From: Yuukianura sp. NJ FZ-2021
Lineage: Eukaryota
Reading direction: 5' to 3'
Length of the DNA: 64,000 nucleotides
Assembly (NCBI GenBank): GCA_046563655.1
Contig: CM102290.1
Location: 2,294,001-2,358,000 of the forward strand
The position numbers were made by a program, and so were the translations under genes. Positions 51,396 to 64,000 of the stretch are shown one piece after another (position 1 is the stretch's first letter; every line of letters begins with the position of its first letter). The notes below the pieces were generated by a model. That model saw only the letters and a program-made list of their open reading frames with translations, did not search any database and was not told the origin of the DNA.

Positions 51396-52616
51396 ATGAA
51401 CACGGAAGGAACCCTGGACCCTAATCCGCAGTGTAGTAACTACGGCTGTTCTGCGGTAAGATGAAGATAAACTTACGCGAAACGGAAATTGTTCCAATAC
51501 ATTCAATGTCTAAATTGGTCATTCTTTGAAAATCTAAAGAAAAAGCTAGACGCTGACCTTAGTGAGGAGTGTGTATTTCATCCTGGACCTCCAGTTTTCC
51601 ACGAAGGGTACAAGTACTGGGGATGCTGCAAACGCAAGTCGTTGGCATTTGATGATTTTCTGAAGCAGAAGGGATGTACGACCGGTGAACACTGCTGGAC
51701 TCCGAAACCTAAACCATTGAAAGAAATTATTGAAAATGAAGAAATCCCGATGTCTATTCCAGAACCGGAACAAATCCGTTCTCCCATTACTGTCAAACTT
51801 CGTCCGGATCACAATGCTCCATTGGTAAAACAAAGTTTCCAACCATCCATTCCTTAAATAGTGCATTGTAAGTAATCTAGTGAATTCAAAATATTTTCTA
51901 GGTGCCACTAGAAGTAGAAACTAGCCCGAGCTTGAAGAAGCAAATTACAGAAGGAAAACTGCCACCGGAAGAAGTACCTACAATAAAGAAGTGTCAGAAT
52001 ACGGGCTGTTCTGTGGTAACTTAGAATCTTCAGTCTTTATCTTTTTTGATAAACCTTGAAAAGTTTATGTATGATATTTTTAGCAAATTGAAGACGCAGC
52101 AAACAATCCAGTGTGTCACTATCATTCTGGTGAAGCTGTATTTCATGAAGGCCTCAAATTTTGGTCATGTTGCAAGAAAAAGGCTCTCGAATTTGAACAG
52201 TTTCTGAAACAAAAGGGATGTCAAGAAGGAGAGCATCGGTGGGAAGCTGATCCGAAGATTGATTGTCGTTTCGATTGGCATCAAACTGGAAGTCATGTTA
52301 TTATGGCAATTTATGCCAAAGGATACAATCCGTCGAGTGTGAGTGTCAAAGCTAATGATGTTCGTCTTCAAGTTTCCTTTTCTCAATCAACCGGTGTCTA
52401 CGACAAGGATTGGATTCTGTTTGGCGTAAGCGTTACTTCTGATTCTTATCAAGTTTAGAATAATAGAAATCATCTTTCAATTATCAATTATAGGTCATCG
52501 AAGGAAGCAATTGCACCGCTTGCCTATTTTCTACCAAAATTGAAATCAAGCTCAAGAAGGGGGAACCTGGGTATTGGACAGATCTCGAACACAAAGAGAC
52601 TCCTGAAACTAATTAA
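51396..52616 (+). CDS. CHORDC1: Cysteine and histidine-rich domain-containing protein (CHORD-CHORD-CS; Morgana/CHP-1), 5 exons
   Basis: Two CHORD domains (CSNYGC...[26 protein letters not shown]...[20 protein letters not shown]...KGC..GEH) and a CS domain ([12 protein letters not shown]...[14 protein letters not shown]). Confidence 0.93.
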
Positions 52617-53429
52617 TTTACATGTGTATTTCATTTATAAAGTCTTTGTACTATAAATCATACCAAAAAGGTTATTGCCGTTGCTCTGATGTATTAAACT
52701 AAACCCTTTCATCACAATCGTGGATGTTTGTGTTTGAATCCAGTAAATGCTTAATTTACATAACAAATTACGGTTATTTATTTATTTTACCCACATTATA
52801 TTGCGTTGGCCGCCAATTTAAGTGAATAGACAATTATCAATCAATTGTAAACTTAACGTTATACCAGTGAGTTCATTTGATATTTAAAATAAGCTTATTG
52901 TTTTTTTTTAATTGTCCGACCCGGCGACCCGGGGCAATTTTAAATTTTGAGTTTCCTTTGCTTGCGATTCGGTTAAAATGCCTTCGTTGTACCCACGCAA
53001 TATAACCACAGCTTTCATATTTTTAGTCACTCTTTGTGCAATAGGATTTGTACGTTTGTTAATACTGTTTCTTTTTAAAAACCGCTTTTGTTTAGCAGCG
53101 CATGCATTGCTTATTGCTGTAACTAGTTTTTCTTTTTGTAGGTGGTGGAACGCCAGGTTAATCTATTTAATGTATTATTTTCAGTACACACAAACTAACC
53201 GAGGTATACCTGATATAAAATGATGATTAGTCTTAATAAGAAAACGGGAAAGTTGAAGTTTGATAGAAGTGAATCTCTGATTTTTACCGTAACAAAAACT
53301 CAAGGAATTGGAAACGCGAAAAATATAAAAAATATGAGCATATTTAAAAAAAATATAAATACTTACAGCAAATACTTAGTAAAAATATTTATTTACATAT
53401 TTATTGATAATAATATGCCTATGTGCATA

Positions 53430-53600
53430 ATAAATATTCAAGTATTTCTAACATATATGCAAATATATTGATAATAATGCAAATACTCGACAAATATGCA
53501 AATATGTATTGAAAATGATATGCAAATACTCAACAAATATGCAAATATGTATTGATAATAATGTGCAAATATTTGTTGATAATACTTTGAAAATATGTTG
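53430..53600. repeat. Degenerate AT-rich minisatellite (~42-43-bp period) containing ATGCAAAT repeats
   Basis: Recurring AAATATGCAAATATGTATTGATAATAATGCAAATACTC-like units. Confidence 0.7.
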
Positions 53601-53913
53601 ATTATAAGTTCAAAGTCATTAATCCTCTTCAGTAATAACCACTGCTTGGTTCTGTTTTTAAAGGCAAGAAAAAGGAGGATTTTTTTTGGAGCACTATGTG
53701 GTTACAAGTAATGGAATTCATCCTTACTGCAACATCTGTCACCGTGTTGTGTCTTTTTTTTTCTTCTTCTATCGTTCTCGGAACGTCATTTGTTTTTCTT
53801 TTTATAAATGTTAAATTAAGTCACTTACTAAGCGACCCGACGATACACATTCAATTACCGATTGATTAGTGATTACTGACTACCTTAGGCTACTGCTGAA
53901 GCTATTCTCCACA

Positions 53914-54975
53914 ATGCCGAACGCCAATATCTTCACCCCAACGAATCAGATACGTCTAACCAACGTTGCTGTTGTCCGAATAAAGAAATGTGGGAAACGT
54001 TTTGAAATCGCTTGCTACAAGAACAAGGTGATGTCTTGGAGAAACAAAGTGTAAGTCTCTCTTCTTATAGATTAAGTCGATTAGTTTATCAAGTATCGAT
54101 TGCTGTGAATTCCATAGTACTGATCGTGGTAAGGTCATGTTTGCTGTTTGCTAAACCTGAGCAGCTGATCGATTCATTGGTTGTGTACAGGGAGAAAGAC
54201 ATTGACGAAGTTCTACAAACACATTCAGTGTTTACAAACGTTGGCAAAGGACAAGTGGCGAAGAGGGAAGATCTCATTGCCGCATTCGGATCAGAGGATA
54301 GTACAGCTATTTGCAAAGAGATCTTAGAAAAAGGCGAACTTCAAATTTCGGAGCGAGAACGACAGACACAACAGGAGTCTACTCAAAAGGAAATCTCTAA
54401 TATCATTGCCGGTAAGTTCTATTAGTGAGCTTATATGCAATGTAGGTTGTTATTATTAAGTGCTACGTTAATAAGCATCTATCAATTTTCCAAGGGTTGT
54501 GCGTGAATCCGGATACGAAGCGGCCATATCCGGTGTCAATCATCGAAAAGGGCCTGAAAGACGTCCATTTCTCAGTGAAACAAGGTCGGAATCCAAAGCA
54601 GCAAGCACTGGAAGGTATGCAGCTCCTAAAATCCGTTATTCCAATTGAAAGAGCACAGATGAGGGTAAAGGTATCTGCTAGTGGAGTACAAGGGAAGACG
54701 GTAGTGGAAAAACTGGAGAAGTTGGGTGTAGTAATCGAGGAAAAGGATTTCAGTGGAAATGGACTAAACTTGGTAAGTACTTCTACTCATACTTACTATT
54801 ATTATTGGATAGTATTGAACAGTGGTTTGCTTATTTCCTTCGGGAGGTTGTTCTAACGGATCCTGGAAACTATCGAGAGATAGACGAGTTTATTCGAGCT
54901 GAAACGAAGGGGAAAGGACTAATTGAAGTTCTGAATCTAAAAGAAATTAAAGAAGGAGAAGATACTTTGGAATGA
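53914..54975 (+). CDS. SBDS: Ribosome maturation protein SBDS, 4 exons
   Basis: [34 protein letters not shown]...[24 protein letters not shown]...[17 protein letters not shown]...KQQALE...IPIERAQMR...[20 protein letters not shown]. Confidence 0.97.
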
Positions 54976-55213
54976 AGTCTTCTACTTCAGTTCTCCATTA
55001 CCCAGAATATCCAAGTCGTTTTGATACTCACGAATTGTAGAACAGGTTCTTATATAAGTGTCAATTTATTTTTGATCAGCTTCGTAAATACTATCACGCT
55101 ATCGTCATAAAAAAATAATTGCAATTTCAGCCCCCGTAAAAGTATCTTTCCGTAGTAAGTCCCAATACGATTGATTGTTAACCATTTCGTTCTTTTGTGT
55201 AGTGAGTTCTCAA

Positions 55214-56429
55214 TCACAATGAGTGTGTAGGTTGGGGCCGAACGTATATTGTTTCCTCTCGATTATCTAACTTCGCTGCTAGTCGAGCTACAGTGAAGAG
55301 AAAGTCTGAGAGCCTAAAACAAGTAAACATTGTCAATTAGTTACTTGATTAACTCAACTAATTATGCTGTTTATCATAAGTAAGTACTATATAAGTACCC
55401 AATGTACCTGTTCAAGTAAATGAGTGCTTGCTCATTGACTTCCCCCGATTTTACTAATGGCGCCACCCGCCTTTCTGCCCGTCGGCAAATCGTTCTGGCC
55501 AAGTGTAAAGCTGCACTGGCCTCACCACCTCCCTTGTAATTTTCAAAAGAATTAGTTAAAAAATTAAGTAATTTAATCAATTACTACCAGTGAATTGAGT
55601 AAAAACGTTTGGTCAATGAAAACTCACGGGTAGAATAAAATTTTCTAAGGGTGGTAGCATTACAGTGTATTCATCTATCCATTGTTCAAGTTCAGTCGCG
55701 TAGCTTTCCGAGAACGCTGTCTTCTTTAGATGAGTTTCTCGAGCAGATGACTTAGGTGTGGCTACTAGAGCGCTCAAGTCCTTAAATACAAAAACGTTTT
55801 TAAATCGTTTGCAGATCATCAATGATTCCTTCCTTTTAATGCCGACTCCAGAACAAGCATTTCCCACTTTAACGTTTCTATTCCCATTATTATTTTTTCT
55901 AGCTTCACTCCAACAAAGGGACAACGATGGAAGTGCTTGTCTTTGCAATCGACACCGATATCATCACTAAGGACATTTCATTCACCTGGATGACACATTG
56001 AACTCGACATAGTCTCTCTACGTAAGGATGACCCGCCTTGATAGCATACTCTTTGGCCAGTCCTAGAGACGACGACAACTCATCGGTAGTGCCAAGGGCT
56101 TCGAAAAATTCGTCGTTCTTCGGACGTCGTTCTCCAGTGAACAGAGACGAGGTCCCTTTGTCGCCAGTCTTCGTGTAAATCTTCATACTTCTCCAGGAAC
56201 TGATGGATAACAACCTGGACACGCTGCCACTGGATCTACATATAAAAAGGTACGTAACTAATTTCATAACTAACTAGTGTTTGCTTATACGCTTTTCCTG
56301 GAAGAAGATCTTACTTTAGCACTTATACAATTGGTAATGAATTTACCCAGGCAAAATAGGTCTGCTAGTTTCCTTCCAGGTTGTGGGGCCTAGCAGTCGT
56401 AAATGCCTTGAGATTACCGTTCTTATCAT
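55214..56429 (-). CDS. MMAB: Mitochondrial cob(I)alamin adenosyltransferase (PduO-type), ~5 exons
   Basis: Arg/Ser-rich presequence, then [82 protein letters not shown]. The start codon is tentative. Confidence 0.93.
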
Positions 56430-59400
56430 AACTAAGCAATAAGATTTAAGCGATTAATTAACTCATAAACCAATCGTGAATGTGTGAACTTCTGACGACT
56501 AGATTATACGGAAGTCCAAAAAATCAATGTGTGTTGCCATCACGTGGTTTTGTTTTTCTTTTCAAATTTCGCGCCTTTTTTGAACAACAACTCCAATGGT
56601 AGCGTCGTGCACTCCGTATTCAAATGAAAATATTACCGGATACTTTAACACATTTTCTTTGCTGTTATGCAGGTGAAAGTTAGTCGATTTTCCTGGTCAA
56701 AAAATCTAAAATCTAAATCCCCCTTATGTCCTGATCAAGTATCTGTTGAGGGAAAATTTGTTAGTAATTTTTTGAAATTTTCAAACTTGACCCCCAAGCT
56801 TTTCGTAACCGAAAAAGAAACTTTTTTGTCAGTTTTTTTCGAAAAAATTATCATTTTTGTTCCTTTTCTCTTTTTACCGATCTTTCATCAAAAGATCGGT
56901 ACCGATCTTTTGGTCTACCGCCGCTCCAATCCGTCTTTGTGTGAGAGCATATGGTGGATTGCACTGTACTATTGCAAAGTTTCGAGCTTTTGGGGAAAAG
57001 TAGGAAATTGGAGTAAAAAATAGAATAGTTGCACACTTTGAGACTGCTACTACTGTGTATTTATCAAATGCAGCCAAGATTACCCGCGTGTTGTTGTGAG
57101 TTGATATCGTCATTGGATTTTTACCTTTCTCTTAAGGTTTATTTTATTTCACACGGAGTTGAGTAGATCCCAAATTGACAATTTCTCACTGACTTGGAAA
57201 TTGGGCAGGGACATGGGGAAAGTGCGGGCGGAAGGCCACAGGAGACTCCACCGGCCGCCGAAGAAGAATGTCTCCGATTTTTCAAACTTTTTTTTTCAAG
57301 TCTTATATCCCATCTGAGCTTTCACTTTTTTATTACTCTCCCCTCTTCCACGACTGTTTCGTGGGAAACGGGAGAAAGTCTCAAGGCGAATCAGTTATGG
57401 AACAGAGCTCGTCGTGACAGGACCAAGCCAAACCGTGGAGTTGGAGTCTAATGGACTCCACTTTTGGTCTAACAATTGATTCCAAGGAAGGCTATTGTTC
57501 TTGTTGATGAAAATTCTCCTCAAAATGACTTTTTAAGTTTGTGTTTTATTTTCTCCCTGTGGAAATGCTACATTTGTGTCTTTGGTTAGGTTTAAATCAG
57601 GTTAAGTTAAGACTAAATCTTTCTGTTGATGTCATGTTTGACACGGGAAAGTCCAAGTTCCGAAGGCGGATTGCTAAAAGATGGAATGAGGAGGTTGACC
57701 CCGTTTGCTTGTGTTGTTTATCCCTTCGGCATTCAGTTTGGGAGAAAGTTGATTTGAAAATTGGAGCCATCGAAAGTCATAGTTTTGAATTTTGGCGGGA
57801 AAGTTATTCCTCCTCCTCGTTTTGCGAAAATAGAGTGGAAAGTAAAGTTCATAAATTGGGAAAAGTGGTTCATTTGAAGAGGGTTTTGGATGTTGCAGAG
57901 GAGAGGCTGGAGAAAGTCCCAGCAGTGCTATCCCTTTCCCCTGAATAATCAACGTTTAATTTCTTATCTACTTCCTATGCAAAGGCTCCCTGATCGAACT
58001 TTCTTCCCAGAGGAGATATAACGCAGTATGCACTCTTTCCTGGTCCAACTTTAAAGCTGCAACTGGAGCTACTAGTAATACTAACTGTTGGAGCTCTTCA
58101 ATTTCAAACCCTCCCACTACCATGATTTCCATTTTGGAGAATTAAGTATTAGTACAGGCTTCAGTGGAGGATAAACGAAAGGAAGAGCTGGGAAGGAGAT
58201 GTGTCTCGGAGTTTAAAATTCAGAATTGGACGGAAGTTGGATTTAATTGCTTTCGCCTACGGAGTTTGAGAGGGCTCATAAGCAGAATTTATCCATTCAA
58301 ACCTAATACTGTGTATTTCTAAGAATTGCTCATTTCCTTACCGGGTTTCTCTTTTTTAGGATGATTTTTCAATTTTTGATACTTTTTTTTTGTTCAGAAT
58401 CGGATAAAGAAGTGGGCAGTTTTGGTTGAAAATTAGGTTGGCATTTGGACAAGGTAGACAGACCTTCGCTGCACTTCTTAGAAGAAAGTTTTGGATTTTT
58501 TAAAAAAGAATTCTGAGATTTTTTTTATTTTAGTGTTGAAATTCACATTTTCTGAAATCTGAGAGAAAGTTACGCTCCGCACGGAAAACTGGTTTGTACG
58601 GAAAGTTTCAGTTTCAACATCCTCTCGCGAATTTTCTTCAAATGTTTGAATTAGTTTGCATTTTTCGGATATACACCAGTTGTGGAATCTGATTTTTTTA
58701 TAGAGAAAAAACCCGAGCTTTCGGACACGGTACTCTGTCTTTCAGGGGATAACACTTTTTTTTCCTTTTTTCAAATGTTTAAAACTGGTAACAAATTTTT
58801 TGAAATACTCGGAAAAATGTGTTCAACTGAAATACCTGAAATTTTGTTAGATTGACTCTGAAAGTGTGGGAATTTGTGGAGATGAAGGTTGGAGATTAGT
58901 CTTGGCAGAATAAAGTGAAAGGACAAGTTTTTTGGTCAACTGGAGGTAGAATTTCTCTTGGACGTTGTAAGCCGTTGGACCGAAGTGGTTAATGAGCTAA
59001 TTGTGTGACTCCGATTGAAGTGTGCGTTTGGTTGGGAGGTAATCTGGTTGATCTGCGTTAGTTAGTTATGTTAGGAGTCCCTATGTTAAGGCCGTGGAGT
59101 CCCTATGTTAAGGTTGTGGTGAGCCCTTTAATTAGAAGGAGAGAGAGGTCACGCCAACTAAGGATTAGGAGTGGGAAAGTGATTGCGGACAAAGTGAAAT
59201 TGGAACATGTTCCCCCAGCACCAGCCTCCGTTCCATAAAGTATCGATCTCCAATTGGATAGGAGCCATGGCCACTTTCTCTTAGAATTATGCAAATCAAC
59301 TTTCTTTTAATTGTTTCTTGCCATGCTGCATTTCAAAAGTTTCACACACTCCGGGTTTTAGAACCCATTTTGTTTTAAATTTACACTGAATGTCAAATTT

Positions 59401-62400
59401 GCTGGTAGAATAAGCTGAATGGAATATCGGAGCGTTTTTGCTGATGTGGAGAGTGGAACAAAAAGTAGAGGTTTCGCAGTATTTTACTTTACGTGGAAGC
59501 AGTTTTGATTGATTTGTCACAAAATGGAGAACTACGAGAAGTTTCATAATTTCGAAAAATTAAGTTGATTTCGTAAAACACAAATTTCCGAGGCTTCTGT
59601 CGACCAATGACAGCCAATCGCCGCATCCCACTTTTAGCTCCGATTTTTCAAGTTCTTGTTTTCAATTAAAAAGTTTTTTTTTTTTGAAAAGTAAAAATCA
59701 ATTCAAAATTAATTAAATATTAAAATAGTTGAATGACTGTTTTTGAAAGCGTGCTGTGTAATTTGTATGAAATCAAAGCTAGGAAAAGTCGTGGTGTATC
59801 TGCATGCTTATTGATTATTCCGTTTCGTATGGATATTGATTAATTTTTGATTAACGCCTGCCCGCCCGTGCTCCATGTCGCATGCACTCTTTAATTTTTT
59901 TGTTTGACTCGTACTAGTGAAAGTTAGGTTTGGTTGTCAGAGCGCCATGTCTCTGTCCACCGACTGGATTGAAGCATGGTACTACGATGAGGGAGTGTTA
60001 TAGACAGACATGCCAAAAAATATTTACTAAAAATAGCGAAATATTTAAATAGATATAATATTTACTGAATAAGCTCGAATATTGACGAAGTTAATATTAA
60101 GGGCATAGGTAAATAAATAAGTATTTAGTAACGAAATATTGATTTTGTTAACATTACAGCCATTGGAACTAAATATTTTTGGCCAGTCTGGGTATAGAGC
60201 CTCATTGTGGTGGTAATTTGTTACATTTGATATATTTGAGACTCTGTGCCTTGAGCTGCATATGCATATCTTGGCAGCAGGGAAGATATGGACTCTGAGG
60301 GCGTCATGGTCCCCTTTCTCCTGCATCTTCCCCCTTTATCTCCGATTGTCACTGATAATTATCATGAGAGGATCGATACGCTTATTCGGTTCCACAAGAG
60401 CCAATAGTCCTCAATCCATTTGTAGGAACAGTTCCCGGCTATGGGAACGACAACGAGTTTTTGAGTCATGGGAAACATTTGAATTTGGCCGCCTGTCTCG
60501 CCCTACACTTCACCCGTCGCTTTCTCCGCGCTAGTCAACTTTGTTATGTCGCAAAACACATGAGTTTGAGTCCTAATTAGCATCTCTCTACCTAGTCGCT
60601 TTCTGACTTGGGTTTAGGGTAAATACGGCCCAACGCAGGAATTCGGCCTGGTTTTTAGTTTTAATCGATTAAGAAGTTAGTATGTTTTATTCGGTCATTC
60701 GCTTCCTCTGTGTTTTTCAGGTTAACTTTCAACTAAAGTTGGAATATAAAGATTTCGTTCGGTGTGAAGTAAGAAAGAGAAACGAATCTTTGTTGGTGTG
60801 GAGAAATTCGGTGGAGAAAGAGAAAGTCGGTTTTTGAAGAAAAATTTCAGGGATAAGTCTCTTAAAAAATTCGGCGAAAAACGTTTTAACAACAAAAAAT
60901 TGTGAGACGATTTCAATGAAAAATAGTTTCAAAGTTGATTGGAGATTTCAAAATTTCAAACCTGAATTCCGAATTTCTAAAATTTACTTTCTTTATACTG
61001 TTGGTTTATTAAAACTGTGTGTAAGGTTGCAGGTGTAGGCTGTAAGTTAATTTGTTAAGGTTATAATATGTTGCAAGTACTAGTTAAGTTAGTTGAGTGT
61101 GAGTAGTTAATAAGTTAGTTTGTTAAGGTAGATGCTTTTTCAACTAACCATAACTTAGTTGAGTGTAAGTTGGTAGTAGGTTAGGTTGTTAAGTTGTTGG
61201 GTTAGACTCTGATGGAGTAGAGTGAGATGTATGGAGAGTGTAACTGTAGTTTTTGTGTGGAGAGGAGAAAGTGGGGATGATTTAGAGTCATTTGCTCCTG
61301 CCCTTCCGTCAGATCTGACGAAAGAGTGAAGTGAATCTGGGAGAAAGTAGGAAACATCATTTACTTTCTCCGTATGCTTCTGCTGGGTCCAAGAGAGAGA
61401 GAGCTGGAGTTGGAAGGCTATGGCTCATTGTAGTTATAGTGAGACTTGCGCGATTGATTGGTATCGGCAATCAATACTATTCAGCCTATTATTGATTAGT
61501 TTGAGATGAGAGAGAGAGTTATCACAGACAGGACTGGGAAAGGGAAAGCCTTGTACCCAACACTTCTTCGTCAGATTCATATACGCCAAAGCCTGCTTTT
61601 CCCTCTCCTGTTTATTTTAGACCTCCACATACACACTGCCTCAACTGCACCGCCATTCCGCTCCATGCTTTCCCTCCATCAACGTCTCCTCATTATCACG
61701 GGAGTCACTAAGCACATTGTGTCCAATTGTCAAGTGAAAGTGAGGCTAACGTGGGGCGAATGGACGAAGGCACACGTAGAGAGGAGCAGGAGAGACAGCA
61801 CTACTGCCTTGGACCCCTTCCACAGCGTGAGTGACTTATTTTGGTGGGTTCCTTTTGGTCGTTCGTGGCGTGTGTGTGTTATGTGTGTGTTAACCTGTTG
61901 AACTCATGTGTAGAAGACTAAAAGTAAGGAAAAGAAAGCGATCCAGAGGCACAAGCGGAGAGAAAGGAAAAAGGAGGGAATTTTTCAAAGGTTTCCAAAC
62001 TGTGAGGAAGTTCGTGTCTTAAGACTTGTGCGAAGAAGGCAGGAGGATGATAGGCTGGGAACAGGGCTCAAATGCTGCCTTCTGCTGGCTCCTGCTCTGC
62101 TGGAGAAAGTTCTCGTCCTGCCAAGTGTCATTTTTGGCTACAAACACTTTCTCAGTCTGCTTCTCCCGCTTTCACTTTAAAATTTCCTTCACTCTTTTGG
62201 CGATTTTACTGAAAATGAGCTTTCACTTGCCCGAAACTTGGTTTGAGAATGTCTTCGATTTGTATTTTTTACCGAAATGCTTACATATTTAAGTCAACGT
62301 TTTTTTTTTATTAATTTTTGCCACAATCTTGTTTTGTTTTGTTTTGTGGTTTTTTATTTGTTACTGATTGTGAGTTGTTATTTTTTGTATTGACAAAATG

Positions 62401-63012
62401 GTTGGCGATTTTTTGGAATGAAAGAGCTGTGGAGAAGATTTTTCGAAATTTTGGAGCTTTGGAAGTCAATGGATTTTTTTTTGGATTCACAATGTGGTTA
62501 GAATTTTGATTTGTTGATTCCATTTTTTTTGTTATGTTTATTTTTTTATGTTCGTTTCTTTTGTTTTTCGAAGTTCGAATTTGTAGTACCGATTTTGGAA
62601 TGTTGTACAAACTTTTTTTTAAAGCAGTTGCATACTTGGCTTTCTCCGCTTTTTCTTTAGTCCAAGAAAAAGCACGGGAGGGTTGTTGAGAAGATGTATG
62701 TATTTCCTTCGATTCCTCTTACTACTATCCTTTTGATCTCCCATTCTTCCAAGTTGTAAGAATGAGCTCTAATGCACTCCCAATTGCATCAGAATCCTCC
62801 TCCTCTTGTAACAAAGACAACAGGCAACTGCATTCCCCACAACCACCGCTGTCTCTCCTTCCTTTTCACTCCAGAAATGTTCTCCTGAGCCAAAGAGACT
62901 TTGTACTTTCTATTTTTATGTAGAACGACATCCCACCAACAGCCACAAATCTTCCGCCTTTGGATTTCCCCACTTTCTCTCCATACCAAGTGGGATCCAT
63001 TTCAAAAGTTCC

Positions 63013-63031
63013 CTCTCTCTCTCTCTCTCTC
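63013..63031. repeat. (CT)n microsatellite
   Basis: CTCTCTCTCTCTCTCTCTC seen directly. Confidence 0.9.
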
Positions 63032-63227
63032 GGGAAGACGATAGGCGAAGGAGAGCGGGAGGATTTGAATGCTCGTTTACTTTATCATGTCTGTAGATCA
63101 ATGGATTTGGCCTTATTGAGCTAAAATATTGACAAATCAAAAACCTCTTTCAGACATAAACTACTTTCTTTGTTGTGCCCCTTCCAAGCTTTCCATGCTG
63201 TTTTTTACAGCGGAAAAAATCACTGAC

Positions 63228-63298
63228 TGTTTTTCATTTTATGATTTTCGAACAGTATTATAACAAAATACTGTTCGAAAATAGTGAAATGAAAAACA
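63228..63298. repeat. Inverted repeat with 32-bp arms and a 7-nt loop (MITE-like or hairpin)
   Basis: Left arm TGTTTTTCATTTTATGATTTTCGAACAGTATT versus reverse complement of right arm TGTTTTTCATTTCACTATTTTCGAACAGTATT (3 mismatches). Confidence 0.8.
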
Positions 63299-64000
63299 TT
63301 TAGTAATTCTTCAGCGGTGTGTTACTTATATTTGTGAAAAATTGGCGTCCAAACTATTTTTAAAAGAAAAAAAATTGTGTTAAAAAGTTGACTCATGTTC
63401 AGGGCAGTAGGTGAGAGGAAAGTTTAGGTCCAGGCGGAGTATTTCGGTTGTGACTTTTTTGGTGAAGGTTTTGAATTGGGGACGACGAGTCCTCCACACC
63501 TCAACTTCCCAATTAAGAATCTTAATTAATTTGTAAACTAATTAGTAATTAGTTTTCACTTAATTGAAATAATCGAGAAGTTAAGGCAGAGAGGGAGGCT
63601 GTGGTGTTGGTGCAGAAGGGGAAAATTGAGTTCAGGTGAAAGTTCACGATGAGTTCTCCTCTTCCTCCACAGTCGAACTTTCTCTTCCTCAATTCCTAAT
63701 GCTCTGATTGAGTGGTAGATGGCAGGTCGTTAGGTAAACTGAATTCGCCAAACACTCTTGATTCAAATACGAAAGAAACGCAAGAAGGTAGACATGATAA
63801 TAATTTCAACAGTCCATATAAGCAAGAAGTTGTGGTTTGTTTTGTTATTTTGTCTGTGGTTAGGGTCAAGATAGCTGTTTAGCAAAATGATGTTGGCCTG
63901 TTATGTTTTTGCCAGTATGATTTATAGCTAAACGGGTACTTTAGCAGTGCTTAGCGTGGAGGTTCTGACGAGGCAGAATGACAAATGAGGTCGTCAATAG

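Noticed and set aside
59074..59113. Direct repeat GGAGTCCCTATGTTAAGG x2
   Set aside because: An isolated local duplication with no associated structure.
56667..63140. Numerous 60-135 aa ORFs in the last 7 kb
   Set aside because: No recognisable domains, composition typical of non-coding DNA, and no consistent exon chain.

Overview
Eukaryotic genomic DNA, probably invertebrate (short introns, AT-rich). About two thirds of the window (1-42782) is a highly homogeneous head-to-tail array of a 59-bp, ~78% AT satellite, roughly 640 monomers, interrupted by a 100-N gap at 27759-27858. A full-length, apparently intact CR1/L2-group non-LTR retrotransposon (~4.6 kb, minus strand, 30591-35218) is inserted in the array with a 6-bp TAACAT duplication. 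Its ORF1 and ORF2 are in the same frame, separated only by one TGA followed by CTA. ORF2 has no AUG ahead of its endonuclease motifs, which suggests expression as an ORF1-ORF2 fusion by stop-codon readthrough; this is the most interesting signal here. The satellite ends abruptly at ~42782. Within ~850 bp a compact cluster of spliced genes begins: PCM1-like, STYX, RPL9, CHORDC1, SBDS and MMAB. In 56.5-64 kb I see no supportable coding gene, only small palindromes and simple repeats. Exon boundaries were read by eye and are approximate.
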